A DNA stretch of 64,000 nt from an uncultured Alphaproteobacteria bacterium (lineage in GTDB: Bacteria > Pseudomonadota > Alphaproteobacteria > ATCC43930 > CGMCC-115725): assembly GCA_963781215.1 (NCBI GenBank), contig CAWAFE010000035.1, positions 91,536 to 155,535 on the forward strand, given 5' to 3'. The stretch's first letter is position 1, and each line of letters begins with the position of its first letter. The notes beneath the pieces were generated by a model. It was given only the letters and a program-made list of their open reading frames with translations. It searched no databases and was not told the DNA's origin. Both the position numbers and the translations under genes were made by a program. Below, piece after piece: positions 20,229 through 30,763 of this stretch.

Positions 20229-20866
20229 GACGCCGCTCGGTCCGAGAGGCTTCGCCGAGCTCGTCCCTGTTTCACGTGAAACATTGGAACGGCTCGAAGC
20301 CTATGCGGCACTCCTGGTGCAGTGGTCGGCGCGCATCAACCTCGTCGGCCGCGACACGCTCCCGGATCTGTGGCGTCGCCATTTTCTCGATTCGGCGCAG
20401 CTGCTTCCCCATGTGCCGGACCTAGCCCGCAATCTGATCGACCTCGGCAGCGGCGCCGGCTTTCCCGGGCTGGTAGCTGGCGATCCTTGGCGTGCCCGGG
20501 GTCGAGCTGATCGAAGCCGATTCGCGCAAATCGGTGTTTCTTCGCGAGGCGGCGCGGGTCACCGAGACTCCCGTGACGATCCGCTCATGTCGGATCGAGG
20601 CGGTGCCTTCACACCCTGTCGATGTGGTGACCGCGCGGGCGCTGGCGCCGCTCGACCGCCTCCTAGACCTGGCCCGCCCGTTCATCGGCCCGGACACGCT
20701 CTGCCTCTTCCTCAAGGGCGAGCGGGCCGCGGAGGAATTGACCCTGGCACGCGCCGGCTGGACAATGGCGGCGACGCTCAGCCCGAGCGTTTCCGATCCG
20801 CGGGGGGTCGTTCTGCGTCTGCAACAGGTGGTCCGTGGGGCTGGCGGCGCTCGAATCTGCGCCTAA
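20218..20866 (+). pseudogene. rsmG: 16S rRNA (guanine527-N7)-methyltransferase RsmG (GidB), one frame break
   Basis: VSRETLERLEAY...DLGSGAGFPGL is in ORF 20218. GVELIEADSRKSVFLREA...VTARALAPLDRLL is in ORF 20492. The break is near 20474-20478. Confidence 0.85.
20268..20283. promoter_or_regulatory. parS centromere site
   Basis: Exact 16-bp palindrome TGTTTCACGTGAAACA read directly. It lies inside rsmG (encoding PVSRET), 0.6 kb upstream of parAB. Confidence 0.9.
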
Positions 20867-20867
20867 G

Positions 20868-21658
<791 letters not shown>

Positions 21659-21662
<4 letters not shown>

Positions 21663-22519
21663 GCGAGCGGGCGAAACGCCAGCCGCTCGGCCGCGGCCTC
21701 GCCGCTCTCTTCGGCGAGAACGAGGTCGAGGCGTCGATCGAGCAGCCGGCGCAGCGGCGGGTCCCGATCGAATTGATCCGGCCCGGCGCCTATCAGCCGC
21801 GGCGTCGCTTTGCCGAGGCCGAAATCGAGGCGCTCGCCCGGTCGATCCGGGAAAAGGGCATCCTGCAGCCGCTGCTGGTCCGTCCGGTCACGCAAGAGGA
21901 GGCTGCGTTCGAGCTGGTGGCCGGCGAAAGGCGGTGGCGCGCGGCGCAGCGGGTCGGGCTGCACGAAGTCCCGGCCATCGTCCGCGCGCTCTCCGATTCC
22001 GAGGCATTGGAGATAGCGCTGGTCGAGAATTTGCAGCGCGAGGATTTGTCGGCGCTCGAGGAGGCCGAGGCCTACCATCGGCTGGTCGAGGAGTTCGGCC
22101 GCACCCAGGCGAGCGTGGCCGAAGCCGTCGGCAAATCGCGCAGCCATGTCGCTAACACGTTACGTCTGTTGTCGTTGCCGGACCCGGTGCGCCGGCGGCT
22201 CGACGAGGGCGAGCTCTCCGCCGGCCATGGTCGCGCCCTTCTCGCCGCACCGGACCCGGCCGCCCTCGCGACAGAGGTTGTGCGCCGCGGCCTAAACGTC
22301 CGCGCCACCGAGCGCCTGGTCCAGCGCCGCGCTCAGATGCCGGCCCGGCCGGAGCCGCGCCTGCGCGACGCCGACACGCTGGCCCTCGAACGCAATCTCG
22401 CCGCCACGCTCGGCCTGCGCGTCACCCTCGCGCCGAAACGCCGCGGCGGCGCCTTGACCTTGCACTATTCGAGCCTCGACCAGCTCGACCGGCTGCTGCG
22501 CCTGCTGCGCGCCGGATGA
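21659..22519 (+). CDS. parB: chromosome partitioning protein ParB
   Basis: GTG 21659 overlaps the parA stop (GTGA). RGLAALFG, LVAGERRWRAA and HTH SQASVAEAVGKSRSHVAN motifs. Confidence 0.9.
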
Positions 22520-22524
22520 GCGGT

Positions 22525-22938
22525 TCAACCGGCGAGGCCGTTGAGCGGGGTGGCGAAGGGTTGCGGCGCTGGGCAAGCGGCGAGGGTTGCTGGCTCGCCG
22601 CCGGCGATGCCGGCGATCGTGCGGACGGCGATGCCGGAAGCGGCGGCGAATTTCTCGGGTGAACGGGCCGGATCGCCGGCGACCAGCCACACGACGCGCC
22701 AGCCTTCCTGGGCGAGCTTGCGGGCGCGGGCGATGTCTCCCGGCGCCGGCTCCACCAGGCAGCCGCGCGGCGCCAGAGCCAGGGTGAGCGGATCGACATC
22801 GCCGTCGTGAAGAACGGCGTCGGCGGCCGCCAATGCCGCGAGCGCCGGCCAGGTGAGCTCTCCCGGCCGGTCGGGGTCCGATCCGATCAGAAACACCAGG
22901 CCCGGACCGCCGGGCGGTAAAGACGGGGACGAGCGCAT
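22525..22938 (-). CDS. short tetrapyrrole-methylase-like protein (N-terminal half-domain only)
   Basis: 137-aa ORF. VFLIGSDPDRPGELTWPALAALAAADAVLHDG resembles the GxGPGdpeLlT...ADvvlyD start of TP_methylase proteins, but the ORF is about half the usual length. Confidence 0.45.
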   Translation of the reverse strand: MRSSPSLPPGGPGLVFLIGSDPDRPGELTWPALAALAAADAVLHDGDVDPLTLALAPRGCLVEPAPGDIARARKLAQEGWRVVWLVAGDPARSPEKFAAASGIAVRTIAGIAGGEPATLAACPAPQPFATPLNGLAG

Positions 22939-23159
22939 CGGGTCCCTCCATGCGGAGCCACAGGCCCACGGATCGCTCCGTGGCGCTTTAGCGCTTGGTG
23001 ACGCGGACGCAAGCTGCCCCTCAAATCCCGCGGGCTCGGCCTTGGAGCCGATCCGGAGTTTATTGATCAGTAAGATGATGTCAATAGGGTTTTAACTACG
23101 GTTCACAGACGTATATATGATCTTGTGCCGCATTGCGCGTTTGCATTAGAGTTCCGACG

Positions 23160-23486
23160 ATGAAGCGCCTCCTGCTCGTTGCGGCGCTGCTGCTGGCGCC
23201 GGCCGCCGCCGCGCAACCACCGGCAGATGCCGATCCCACCCTGGCGCCGTGGTACCGCAGCCTCCAGCAGCCAGGCACGGCTGTATCGTGCTGCTCGATT
23301 TCCGATTGCCGCGCCACCGATTCCCGGATTCGGGCCGGTCTTTACGAGGCGCTGATCGGCCGGGAATGGTTAGCCGTGCCCCCCGACAAGATCCTGCAGC
23401 GCACCGACAACCCGACCGGCCGCGCCGTCGTGTGCTGGACACCGCAACGCGGCATCATGTGCTTTATCCGCCCAACCGAATCTTAA
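23160..23486 (+). CDS. small secreted Cys-containing protein
   Basis: MKRLLLVAALLLAPAAAAQ signal peptide, then WYRSLQQPGTAVSCCSISDCR...VVCWTP...IMCFIRP. Family not recognised. Confidence 0.5.
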   Translation: MKRLLLVAALLLAPAAAAQPPADADPTLAPWYRSLQQPGTAVSCCSISDCRATDSRIRAGLYEALIGREWLAVPPDKILQRTDNPTGRAVVCWTPQRGIMCFIRPTES

Positions 23487-23494
23487 CCGGTTTT

Positions 23495-24700
23495 CTATTG
23501 CGGATTTTCCGGGGCGCCGTACGGGCTCGGTGACAGGCCGCTGCGGCCCGGGGGCCGGCTTGGCAGACCCACGCCCGGCGGCGCGTTCGGGCTCGGCAGC
23601 GGCGTCGGCTCGGCGCCGAGCAACGGGATGCCGAACTGCGCGCGAGGGGTCTGCGAGCGCGCCTCAGCCGAGCGTAAGAGCGAAGCGAGCTGGCGGTCGC
23701 TGAGGTTGACGCCATAGTAGAGCTGGTAGAACTGTTGCGCCGTCGTGCGCACATCCTGCTCGTAGGCGTCCGGGTAGAACAGCGAGGACAGCCAATACAG
23801 CCCGATCATCCGGTTGACGCCCGCCGGATCGTCGATCCACCCGAACGGGTCGGCCGGGGCGAGGTAGACCCGCTTGTTGCGCACTGCGGCAAGGGATCGC
23901 CAGCCGGGATCGCGGTGCAGCGCATCGTAGAAGCTGCGCTGCTGGGCGATGATGACGGCGGGGTTCCAGGCGACCACCTGCTCGCGGGTCACCCTGGTCA
24001 GCTCGCCAGGACCGAGCCGGGCGGCGACGTTGATGACGCCGGCCTGGTCCACATCGGACATCGCCAGCGCTCCGAAGAGCCCGGTTTCGAGACCGTCGCT
24101 GCCGCGTCCGTAATAGACCAGCGGGCGGGCGTCCGGCGATTGGATCAAAAGGCTACCGCGCAGTCCGTTGATCGCATGATAGGCGAAGCTGGCGACATCG
24201 AGGCGGTGGTCGCCGACCCCCAGCAACAACCCCAGCGAGGTCAGCATCTGGGGGGTGCGCTGGATGCTGCCGTCAAGCACGATGTAGGGGATACCGGTCT
24301 GTTGCTGGATCTGGTCGGCCAGCGCCGCCGCTTCCGGCGTGACGGCGCCCGAATCGATGATCAGGTCGGGATGCAGTCGCGCAACTTGAGCTGCCACTGC
24401 GGTCGGGTTAGGCCCGGTCAGCCGGCCGACTACCGGCAATCGCGCGAACCTGGCCGGAAGAAAGGCGCGCTGTGATCGCGACAGCGGCTCGCTCCAGCCG
24501 ACGAGCTTTTCCGGCGCCAAGACATAGACCAGCACCGCCGCGGTCTGACCGGCCGCCATCACCCGCCTGACATGGTCGGGCACCTGCACATGGCGCTCGG
24601 CCGAATCGACAAACTCGGCGGCGCGGCCGGGCAGCGCCCAGAGCGCGAGAAGGAGCAGCATCGCGATCCGCGCGGCATGCGATCGAAGCGGCATTTGCAC
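23495..24700 (-). CDS. periplasmic binding protein (iron-siderophore/cobalamin PBP fold) with Pro-rich C-terminal tail
   Basis: Signal peptide MLLLLALWALPGRAAE. VMAAGQTAAVLVYVLAPEKLVGW and LHPDLIIDSG motifs. No adjacent permease or ATPase. Confidence 0.65.
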   Translation of the reverse strand: MQMPLRSHAARIAMLLLLALWALPGRAAEFVDSAERHVQVPDHVRRVMAAGQTAAVLVYVLAPEKLVGWSEPLSRSQRAFLPARFARLPVVGRLTGPNPTAVAAQVARLHPDLIIDSGAVTPEAAALADQIQQQTGIPYIVLDGSIQRTPQMLTSLGLLLGVGDHRLDVASFAYHAINGLRGSLLIQSPDARPLVYYGRGSDGLETGLFGALAMSDVDQAGVINVAARLGPGELTRVTREQVVAWNPAVIIAQQRSFYDALHRDPGWRSLAAVRNKRVYLAPADPFGWIDDPAGVNRMIGLYWLSSLFYPDAYEQDVRTTAQQFYQLYYGVNLSDRQLASLLRSAEARSQTPRAQFGIPLLGAEPTPLPSPNAPPGVGLPSRPPGRSGLSPSPYGAPENPQ

Positions 24701-24931
24701 CCTCGACAGAACATCTGGACGGCGGCGACTATAGCCAGCGGATCCCGGCGGGCAAGCGCGGGGCGCGAATTCGGTGCAGCCGCGGCAAAGCGTCGGCGGG
24801 CGGACGCATCGTGCGGAGACAAGTCATGCGCATCGACGGCATCGAGGCCATCCCGATCTGGGTTCCGCTGAGGACGGTGTTCTCCAGCGGTGGCTAGCCG
24901 CCTCGACGATTGATCGCAGCGGTCGTCGGCC

Positions 24932-25681
24932 GTGCGGATCGAGCCCTATCGTTGGCGGCCGTCGGGCACCTTTCTCGCTCATCTTTTCAAGGCCGCCACG
25001 CAGCAGCACCACCGCGCCCTGATGCCGCTGATCGCGCGGCTGGTGCCGCCCGACGGCGTCGTCTTCGATGTCGGCGCCCATGCCGGGCAATACACCAAGC
25101 TCTTTGCCCATATCGCGGCCGAGGGGCGGGTCTACGCCTTCGAGCCGGGAAGCTATGCGCGCTCGATCCTGCGCACCGTCGTCTGGCTACGTTGTCTCCG
25201 TAACGCCGCAGTGCTGCCGATGGCGCTGGGCTCAGCCGCCGGGGTCCAGACATTGAGCCTGCCGGTCAAGCGCCCCGGCAGCTTCGGTTTTGGCCTGTCG
25301 CATTTGGGGCTGCCGCAACAGCGTTGGGCGGCGGTCGCGCAGGAGCAGGTTGCCGTGACGACGCTCGACGAGGTCGCGGCCGTCCTCGGGCTCGATCGCC
25401 TGGATTTCATCAAGGCCGACATCGAAGGCTGGGAGCTGCAATTGCTGCGCGGCGGTGTGCAGACCTTGCGCCGGTTTCGGCCGGTGCTGATGCTCGAGCT
25501 GCTGGCCGAGCATCTGGCGCGCGCCGGCGATCGGCTCGACGACGCCTTCGCCTTCCTGGCCGCGCTCGGTTACGCAGCGTTCGAGCTCACACCGGCCGGT
25601 GAGCTGGTCGCGATCGCCGCCCCGCATGACGGCGATATTTGGTTTATTTCGCGGGACGACCCGGCGATCCGCATGCGCTAA
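24932..25681 (+). CDS. FkbM-family SAM-dependent methyltransferase
   Basis: VVFDVGAHAGQYTKLFA...VYAFEP...DFIKADIEGWELQLLRG motifs. Confidence 0.75.
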   Translation: MRIEPYRWRPSGTFLAHLFKAATQQHHRALMPLIARLVPPDGVVFDVGAHAGQYTKLFAHIAAEGRVYAFEPGSYARSILRTVVWLRCLRNAAVLPMALGSAAGVQTLSLPVKRPGSFGFGLSHLGLPQQRWAAVAQEQVAVTTLDEVAAVLGLDRLDFIKADIEGWELQLLRGGVQTLRRFRPVLMLELLAEHLARAGDRLDDAFAFLAALGYAAFELTPAGELVAIAAPHDGDIWFISRDDPAIRMR

Positions 25682-25723
25682 GCTCGGTCTCCTTGTTCGA
25701 CCCCGCAGGCAGGAGAGCCCAGC

Positions 25724-27115
25724 ATGACGCGACCCTTCGAGGGGATTCGTATCATCGACATCACGCATGTGTTGGCGGGCCCCTTCGCGGCCTATCAGCT
25801 CGCCGTCCACGGCGCCGAGGTGATCAAGATCGAGGATCCGAACGACCCCGACCAAACGCGCAGCAGCGGCACCGACCGCGAGCTGAACCGCCGCCTCATG
25901 GGCACCGGCTATCTGACCCAGGGGTCGAACAAGCGGGCAATAACCCTTAACCTCAAGACCGAGGCTGGGCGCCAAATCCTGAAAAAGCTCGTCATCCGCG
26001 CCGATGTGATGGTCGAGAATTACCGGCCCGGCGCCTTCGCGGCGCTCGGGCTCGGCTGGGAGGCGATGGCGGCGCTCAACCCGCGGCTGATCTACTGCTC
26101 GATCTCGGCCTTCGGCCAGGACGGGCCGCGCGGCAACCAGACCGCCTACGACCACGTCATTCAGGCGACCTCCGGGCTGATGGGGACGACCGGGACGGCG
26201 GAGGTCCACCCGATCAAGTTCGGCTCGCCGGCGGTCGACTACGCGACCGGCACGATGGGTGCCTTCGCCCTGGCGACAGCACTCTTCCAGCGCGAGCGCA
26301 CCGGCAAGGGCCAGCGCATCGATCTGGCGATGTTCGACGTGGCGATGATCCTGATGAGCTCGCACCTGACTGCCCATCTGCGCAATGGTGCCGTCCCCAG
26401 TCCCTCCGGCAACAAGAACCCGCACGCGACCAACAGCTGCTACGAGACCAGGGACGGCCTCGTCATGCTCGGCGCCAGCAATCTGCGCCAGCAGCGCCGG
26501 CTGTGGCAGGCGCTGGAGCGGCCCGAGATGGCAAAGGCGGACAACGAGGAGCGCGAGGCAGACCGCGACCGCGAGGCCGCGGTCCTCTCCGAGATCCTGA
26601 AGACCCGCACCGCCGACGAATGGGAGGCGTTCTTCCAGGCGCGCCACGTGCCGGCGGCGCGGGTGCGGACGTTGGATGAATCAGTTCGCGACCCGCAATT
26701 CGCCGCCCGCCACGTCACCCACCGCCACGAGGGCGCGCCGGGGGTTGAAGGCGGGTTCAGCGTGCCACTCGCCGCCTTCAAGCTCGCCCATGGCGGCGCC
26801 AGCATCGAGATCCCGCCCCCCGAATTCGGCGCCGACACCGATGCGGTGCTAGCCGAGCACGGCTATGCTGCCGCCGAGATCGCCGCCTTCCGCCGCGCCG
26901 GGGTGATTACCAAGGTCTTGAAAAGTGTGCCGAATTCTCGGACCACGCAAGCGGGAACCGGGGATTTCAGTCACTTGCCAAGGCCTGCCTTTGCGGGCAA
27001 TCCGCTCAGTGCGCGCCCAAGTGGAACTCTCGCAGCAGAGTCTCTCGCACCGCGGCGAATTCGCCGCAGCTGCGGTCTCTGGGACGCGGCAAAGCGACCG
27101 GTATTACTTCGCTGA
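25724..27115 (+). CDS. family III CoA-transferase (CaiB/BaiF); 3' end probably over-extended
   Basis: FEGIRIIDITHVLAGPFAAYQLA motif. Orthologue-like sequence ends near AAFRRAGVIT (~26910). The ORF runs on to 27115, overlapping the convergent ATPase gene by 110 nt. Confidence 0.8.
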   Translation: MTRPFEGIRIIDITHVLAGPFAAYQLAVHGAEVIKIEDPNDPDQTRSSGTDRELNRRLMGTGYLTQGSNKRAITLNLKTEAGRQILKKLVIRADVMVENYRPGAFAALGLGWEAMAALNPRLIYCSISAFGQDGPRGNQTAYDHVIQATSGLMGTTGTAEVHPIKFGSPAVDYATGTMGAFALATALFQRERTGKGQRIDLAMFDVAMILMSSHLTAHLRNGAVPSPSGNKNPHATNSCYETRDGLVMLGASNLRQQRRLWQALERPEMAKADNEEREADRDREAAVLSEILKTRTADEWEAFFQARHVPAARVRTLDESVRDPQFAARHVTHRHEGAPGVEGGFSVPLAAFKLAHGGASIEIPPPEFGADTDAVLAEHGYAAAEIAAFRRAGVITKVLKSVPNSRTTQAGTGDFSHLPRPAFAGNPLSARPSGTLAAESLAPRRIRRSCGLWDAAKRPVLLR

Positions 27116-27734
27116 TGCCGTCCCGCCGACTGGACATCACAATGATCTTGTCGGCTAAATATACCGCTTCCTCAATATCGTGCGTCACCATAACCGTTGT
27201 GACCTGCTGTTCCTGCCATATTTTTTCCAATTCGAGCTGCATCCGCATCCTGGTGATGGCATCGAGGGCACCCAAGGGTTCGTCCAGCAGCAGGATTTGC
27301 GGGTTGATCGCGAGTGCTCGGGCGATGCCGACCCGCTGCGCCATGCCCCCGGACAACTGGCTCGGGTAGGCTGATCCAAATTCCCCGAGGCCGACCAGAT
27401 CGAGCAATTCCTTCACGGTACGGTCGATCACCGGCCGCGGCAGTTTGCGCAATTCAAGGCCGAGGCTGACATTTTTTCGCACCAGCAGCCACGGCAAGAG
27501 CCGCGGTTCCTGAAACACAATGCCGCAATCGGTGTTGATCCCGTCGACGTGCCTACCGCCTACCGCGACCGAACCGGCGTCGGCGGTTTCCAAACCGGCG
27601 ATGATCCGCAGCAGCGTCGTTTTGCCTGATCCGCTCTCACCGACAATCACCACGAACTCGCCGGGCTCGATCATCAAGTTAATCCGGTTGAACACCGGGT
27701 GCCGGTTGCCGTTGATGATGAAGGATTTCGCCAA
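27006..27734 (-). CDS. ABC transporter ATP-binding protein (NitT/TauT family)
   Basis: Walker A GESGSGKTTLL, signature LSGGMAQRV, Walker B LLLDEP. Confidence 0.85.
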   Translation of the reverse strand: MAKSFIINGNRHPVFNRINLMIEPGEFVVIVGESGSGKTTLLRIIAGLETADAGSVAVGGRHVDGINTDCGIVFQEPRLLPWLLVRKNVSLGLELRKLPRPVIDRTVKELLDLVGLGEFGSAYPSQLSGGMAQRVGIARALAINPQILLLDEPLGALDAITRMRMQLELEKIWQEQQVTTVMVTHDIEEAVYLADKIIVMSSRRDGISEVIPVALPRPRDRSCGEFAAVRETLLREFHLGAH

Positions 27735-27797
27735 ATCCCTGATTTCGAGGCTGTGGGTTGTTTCTTGAGCACTCGTCTCACCTTCTCGACCTTTGTC

Positions 27798-28817
27798 TCA
27801 TTGCTGCGCAACGTGGGCGAGGTCATTGTATTTATTGGTCACAACATCGCCCGGGGTGATCTGACCGGGCTTGCGCTTGCCTTCCTCGACCAGCGCATCG
27901 ATCCAGAACTGGGCATCACGATCCGTATACAAGGCATGCGGCCGCAGGCCAAAGCCGTGCCAGTATTTGGCCAGCTCGGGGTTGTCGCCACGGTTCTTGA
28001 AGATTTCGGCGATCAGCTTTCTCGCCTCATCCAGATGCGCATCGGACCAGTCGGCCGCCCTGGCGGCTGCAGTCACAAAATCCCTGATGATCTGCGGATG
28101 CTCCTCGACAAATGACTTGCTCATAATGGTGTTGCCGAGCCCAATCGAGCCCAGCACGTCGTAGTCGGTGAATAGCACGCGCACGCCGCCTCCGGTCTCG
28201 ATCTGGCCTTCGAACGTGGTTTGCCACCCCGAGCCGGTGGCGACCACATCGACCTGCTTATGCCGCAGGACCTGATCGAGCTGCGGCCCGGGCACCACGA
28301 CCAGCTGCACGTCCGAAGGCTTCATGCCATGCTGCTTCAGGTAGACCCGAACGGTATAATCCAGATGCGCCCCGAGCGTGTTGACGGCAATGGATTTGCC
28401 TTTCAGGTCCTGCGCGGTCTTGAGCGGGCTGTCGGCGAGAACAAAAAACTTGCTGTTGACTGTCTCGCTCACGCCAAGATTGGGCATGACGCCGATGATC
28501 GGGGACCCGCCGGCGACGGCATTGATGAGGCTGGCTGTGGCGGCATCGGCAATTTGCACCGAACCGTTGTTCAGCCCGAAGACGGCTTCCGGCCCGCCCT
28601 GGGCGAAGCCGACGGATTTAACCTCTATGCCCTTGTCTTTCAGCCAACCCAGCGCACCGGCGAGCTCGTAGGCGGCAGCCCAGCCGTGATTACTGAAAAA
28701 TTTCAAGACCGTGACCTCGCGAGGAGGGGTCCCTGCGTCTGCCCAGGCTGGACCGGAGGAGAAGCCGATCAACAACGCGACGAGGGTGGCCGCGCCATCA
28801 TGCAGAAGCTTCCTCAT
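27798..28817 (-). CDS. ABC substrate-binding protein, NMT1/THI5-like (SsuA/ThiY type)
   Basis: 339-aa ORF with a signal peptide. Paralogue of the next gene upstream (shared GALGWLK.KGIE..SVGF.QGGPE, VMPNLG, LKGKSIAVNTLGA.LDY motifs). Confidence 0.8.
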   Translation of the reverse strand: MRKLLHDGAATLVALLIGFSSGPAWADAGTPPREVTVLKFFSNHGWAAAYELAGALGWLKDKGIEVKSVGFAQGGPEAVFGLNNGSVQIADAATASLINAVAGGSPIIGVMPNLGVSETVNSKFFVLADSPLKTAQDLKGKSIAVNTLGAHLDYTVRVYLKQHGMKPSDVQLVVVPGPQLDQVLRHKQVDVVATGSGWQTTFEGQIETGGGVRVLFTDYDVLGSIGLGNTIMSKSFVEEHPQIIRDFVTAAARAADWSDAHLDEARKLIAEIFKNRGDNPELAKYWHGFGLRPHALYTDRDAQFWIDALVEEGKRKPGQITPGDVVTNKYNDLAHVAQQ

Positions 28818-28899
28818 TGCTGCGTTCCTCCCAATGTTGGTTGTGCCGGGGTCGGCCTAACGAACTCAGGATGGTGGGACGGAAGAGCTCGCCCTTCCC

Positions 28900-29911
28900 T
28901 CATTGCTGTGCAAGGTTGGCGAAATCGTTGTATTTGTTGGTTTCGACGTCTGCCGGGGTGAGCTGGCCGGGTTTGAGCTTGCCTTCTTGGACCAGCGTAT
29001 CGATCCAGAACTGGGGGTCGTGGCCGGTATACAAGCCATGGGGCCGCAGCCCGTAGCTCAGAAAGTACTCCCGCCAGCTCGGGATTATCGCCACGCTTTT
29101 GGTAGATTTCGGCCATCAGCTGCTTGGCCTGCTCCAAGTGGCCCTCAGTCCAGTCGCCCGCCTTGGCGGAGACGGTCACAAAATCCCTGACAGCCTGCGG
29201 GTGCTCCGCGATGAACGACTTTTTCATCACATCCCCATCGAGCATGATAGTGCCGAGTACATCGTAGGCAGTAAACAGGACGCGGACGCCGCCCGCAGCC
29301 TTCATCTTGCCGGCAAAGACGGTCTGCCATGCCCCGACCGCGGCCACGTCGACCTGCTTGTGCCTTAAGACCTGTTCAAGTTGCGGCCCGGGGACCGCCA
29401 CCAGCTGCACGTCCGAGAGGCTCATGCCGTTTTTCTTCAGGTATAGCCGAACGACATAATCCAGCTGCGCGCCAAGCGTGTTCACCGCAATAGATTTGCC
29501 TTTCAGGTCCTCGGCGGTCTTGATCGGGCTGTCGGCGAGGACAAAGAATTTGCTGTGATTGGCCTTGCTTTCCCCGAGATTGGGCATAACCCCAATGATT
29601 GGGGCGCCCCCGGCAACCGCGTTGATCAGGCCAGGCGTGGCGATACCGCCGACATCCGACGAACCGGTGTTCACTCCGAAGACATTTTCCGGCCCGCCCT
29701 GGGAAAAGCCGACCGAGCTCAGCTCGATGCCCTTGGCTTTCAGCCATCCGAGCGCACCGGCGATCTCGAAGGGTGCAATAAACCCACGGTTGCTGAAATA
29801 TCGGATGACCGTAACCTTGCCGGAGGTTTCGTCTGCCCAGGCAGAACCGGAGGAGAAGGCGATCAGCAGCGCGGCGACACCGGCTGCGAAATAATACAGA
29901 AATGTCCTCAT
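28900..29911 (-). pseudogene. second NMT1/THI5-like substrate-binding protein (tandem paralogue), one frame break near C-terminus
   Basis: The body is in ORF 28814-29911 up to EIYQKRGDNPELA. The conserved tail EYFLSYGLRPHGLYTGHDPQFWIDTLVQEGKLKPGQ...NLAQQ is in ORF 28900-29094. The break is near 29068-29075. Confidence 0.75.
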
Positions 29912-30004
29912 TTTGCGTACCTCGCGCTGTTCACATATATTGCCGTAATGTCGGCGTTCGTGATTTGGCGCGGCCGACCCAGGGCGGGGCGGCGGACGGC
30001 ATGG

Positions 30005-30763
30005 TTACGCCGTCGCCCGCCTAGCCGACCTCGCCTTGTGGGGGGTTTCCCAACGGCAGAACCAGCCTTGCAGCACGAGCAGGCTGTAGTTGACGCCCAA
30101 TCCGATGATCGCGAGCAGCACGATCGACGCGAACATCAACGGGATCTCGAAATTGTACTGCGCATTGATGATCAGGAAGCCCAGCCCTTTTTTCGCTCCG
30201 ATCATTTCGGCAGCGACCAGAAGCAGCAGCGATATCGTACCGCTGAGGCGCAGCCCGACAAAAATGGCCGGGGTCGCCGCCGGGAGAACCACTCTCTTGA
30301 AGACCTCGGCTCGCGAAGCGCCGAATACACGCGCCATCTCAATCAGCCCGCGGTCCACCTGCTTCACTCCCGAGATCGTGTTCAACAAGATCGGGAAAAA
30401 GGCTGCCCAGCAGATGATCGTGATTTTTGAAACTTCGCCAAGCCCTAGCAGCAGAATGAAAATTGGATAGATCGCTAAGGCCGACGTCTGGCGGAACGTC
30501 TGGATCAGCGGGTCGATGAAGTCTTCGAACCGTCGGAACGAGCCCATGAACAGACCGAGCGGGATCGCGACGGCAATCGCAATGCCGAAAGCGGTCCCCG
30601 CTCGGGCCATGCTGATCTCCAGGTCGGGGACTAAGCCGCCGTCGATGAACCCGCCCACCATCGCCGCAACTACCTTGGTGAAGGGCGGGATCACTGACGG
30701 GTCCACCACTTTGAACTCGGACGCCAGCTGCCAGGTCAGCACGAACCCCAGTGATCGCGCCAT
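30005..30763 (-). CDS. ABC transporter permease (NitT/TauT family); N-terminus may extend to 30905 through a frame break
   Basis: EAA-type loop EMARVFGASRAEVFKRVVLPAATPAIFVGLR. ORF 30339-30905 supplies MAEISQ...FGTLTSAAAGMAGRLIW, which would complete TM1 if a 1-nt break near 30760-30770 is allowed. Confidence 0.75.
   Translation of the reverse strand: MARSLGFVLTWQLASEFKVVDPSVIPPFTKVVAAMVGGFIDGGLVPDLEISMARAGTAFGIAIAVAIPLGLFMGSFRRFEDFIDPLIQTFRQTSALAIYPIFILLLGLGEVSKITIICWAAFFPILLNTISGVKQVDRGLIEMARVFGASRAEVFKRVVLPAATPAIFVGLRLSGTISLLLLVAAEMIGAKKGLGFLIINAQYNFEIPLMFASIVLLAIIGLGVNYSLLVLQGWFCRWETPHKARSARRATA

Noticed and set aside
25232-26647. 471-aa minus-strand ORF
   Set aside because: Antisense shadow of the CoA-transferase gene, which carries clear family motifs on the plus strand.
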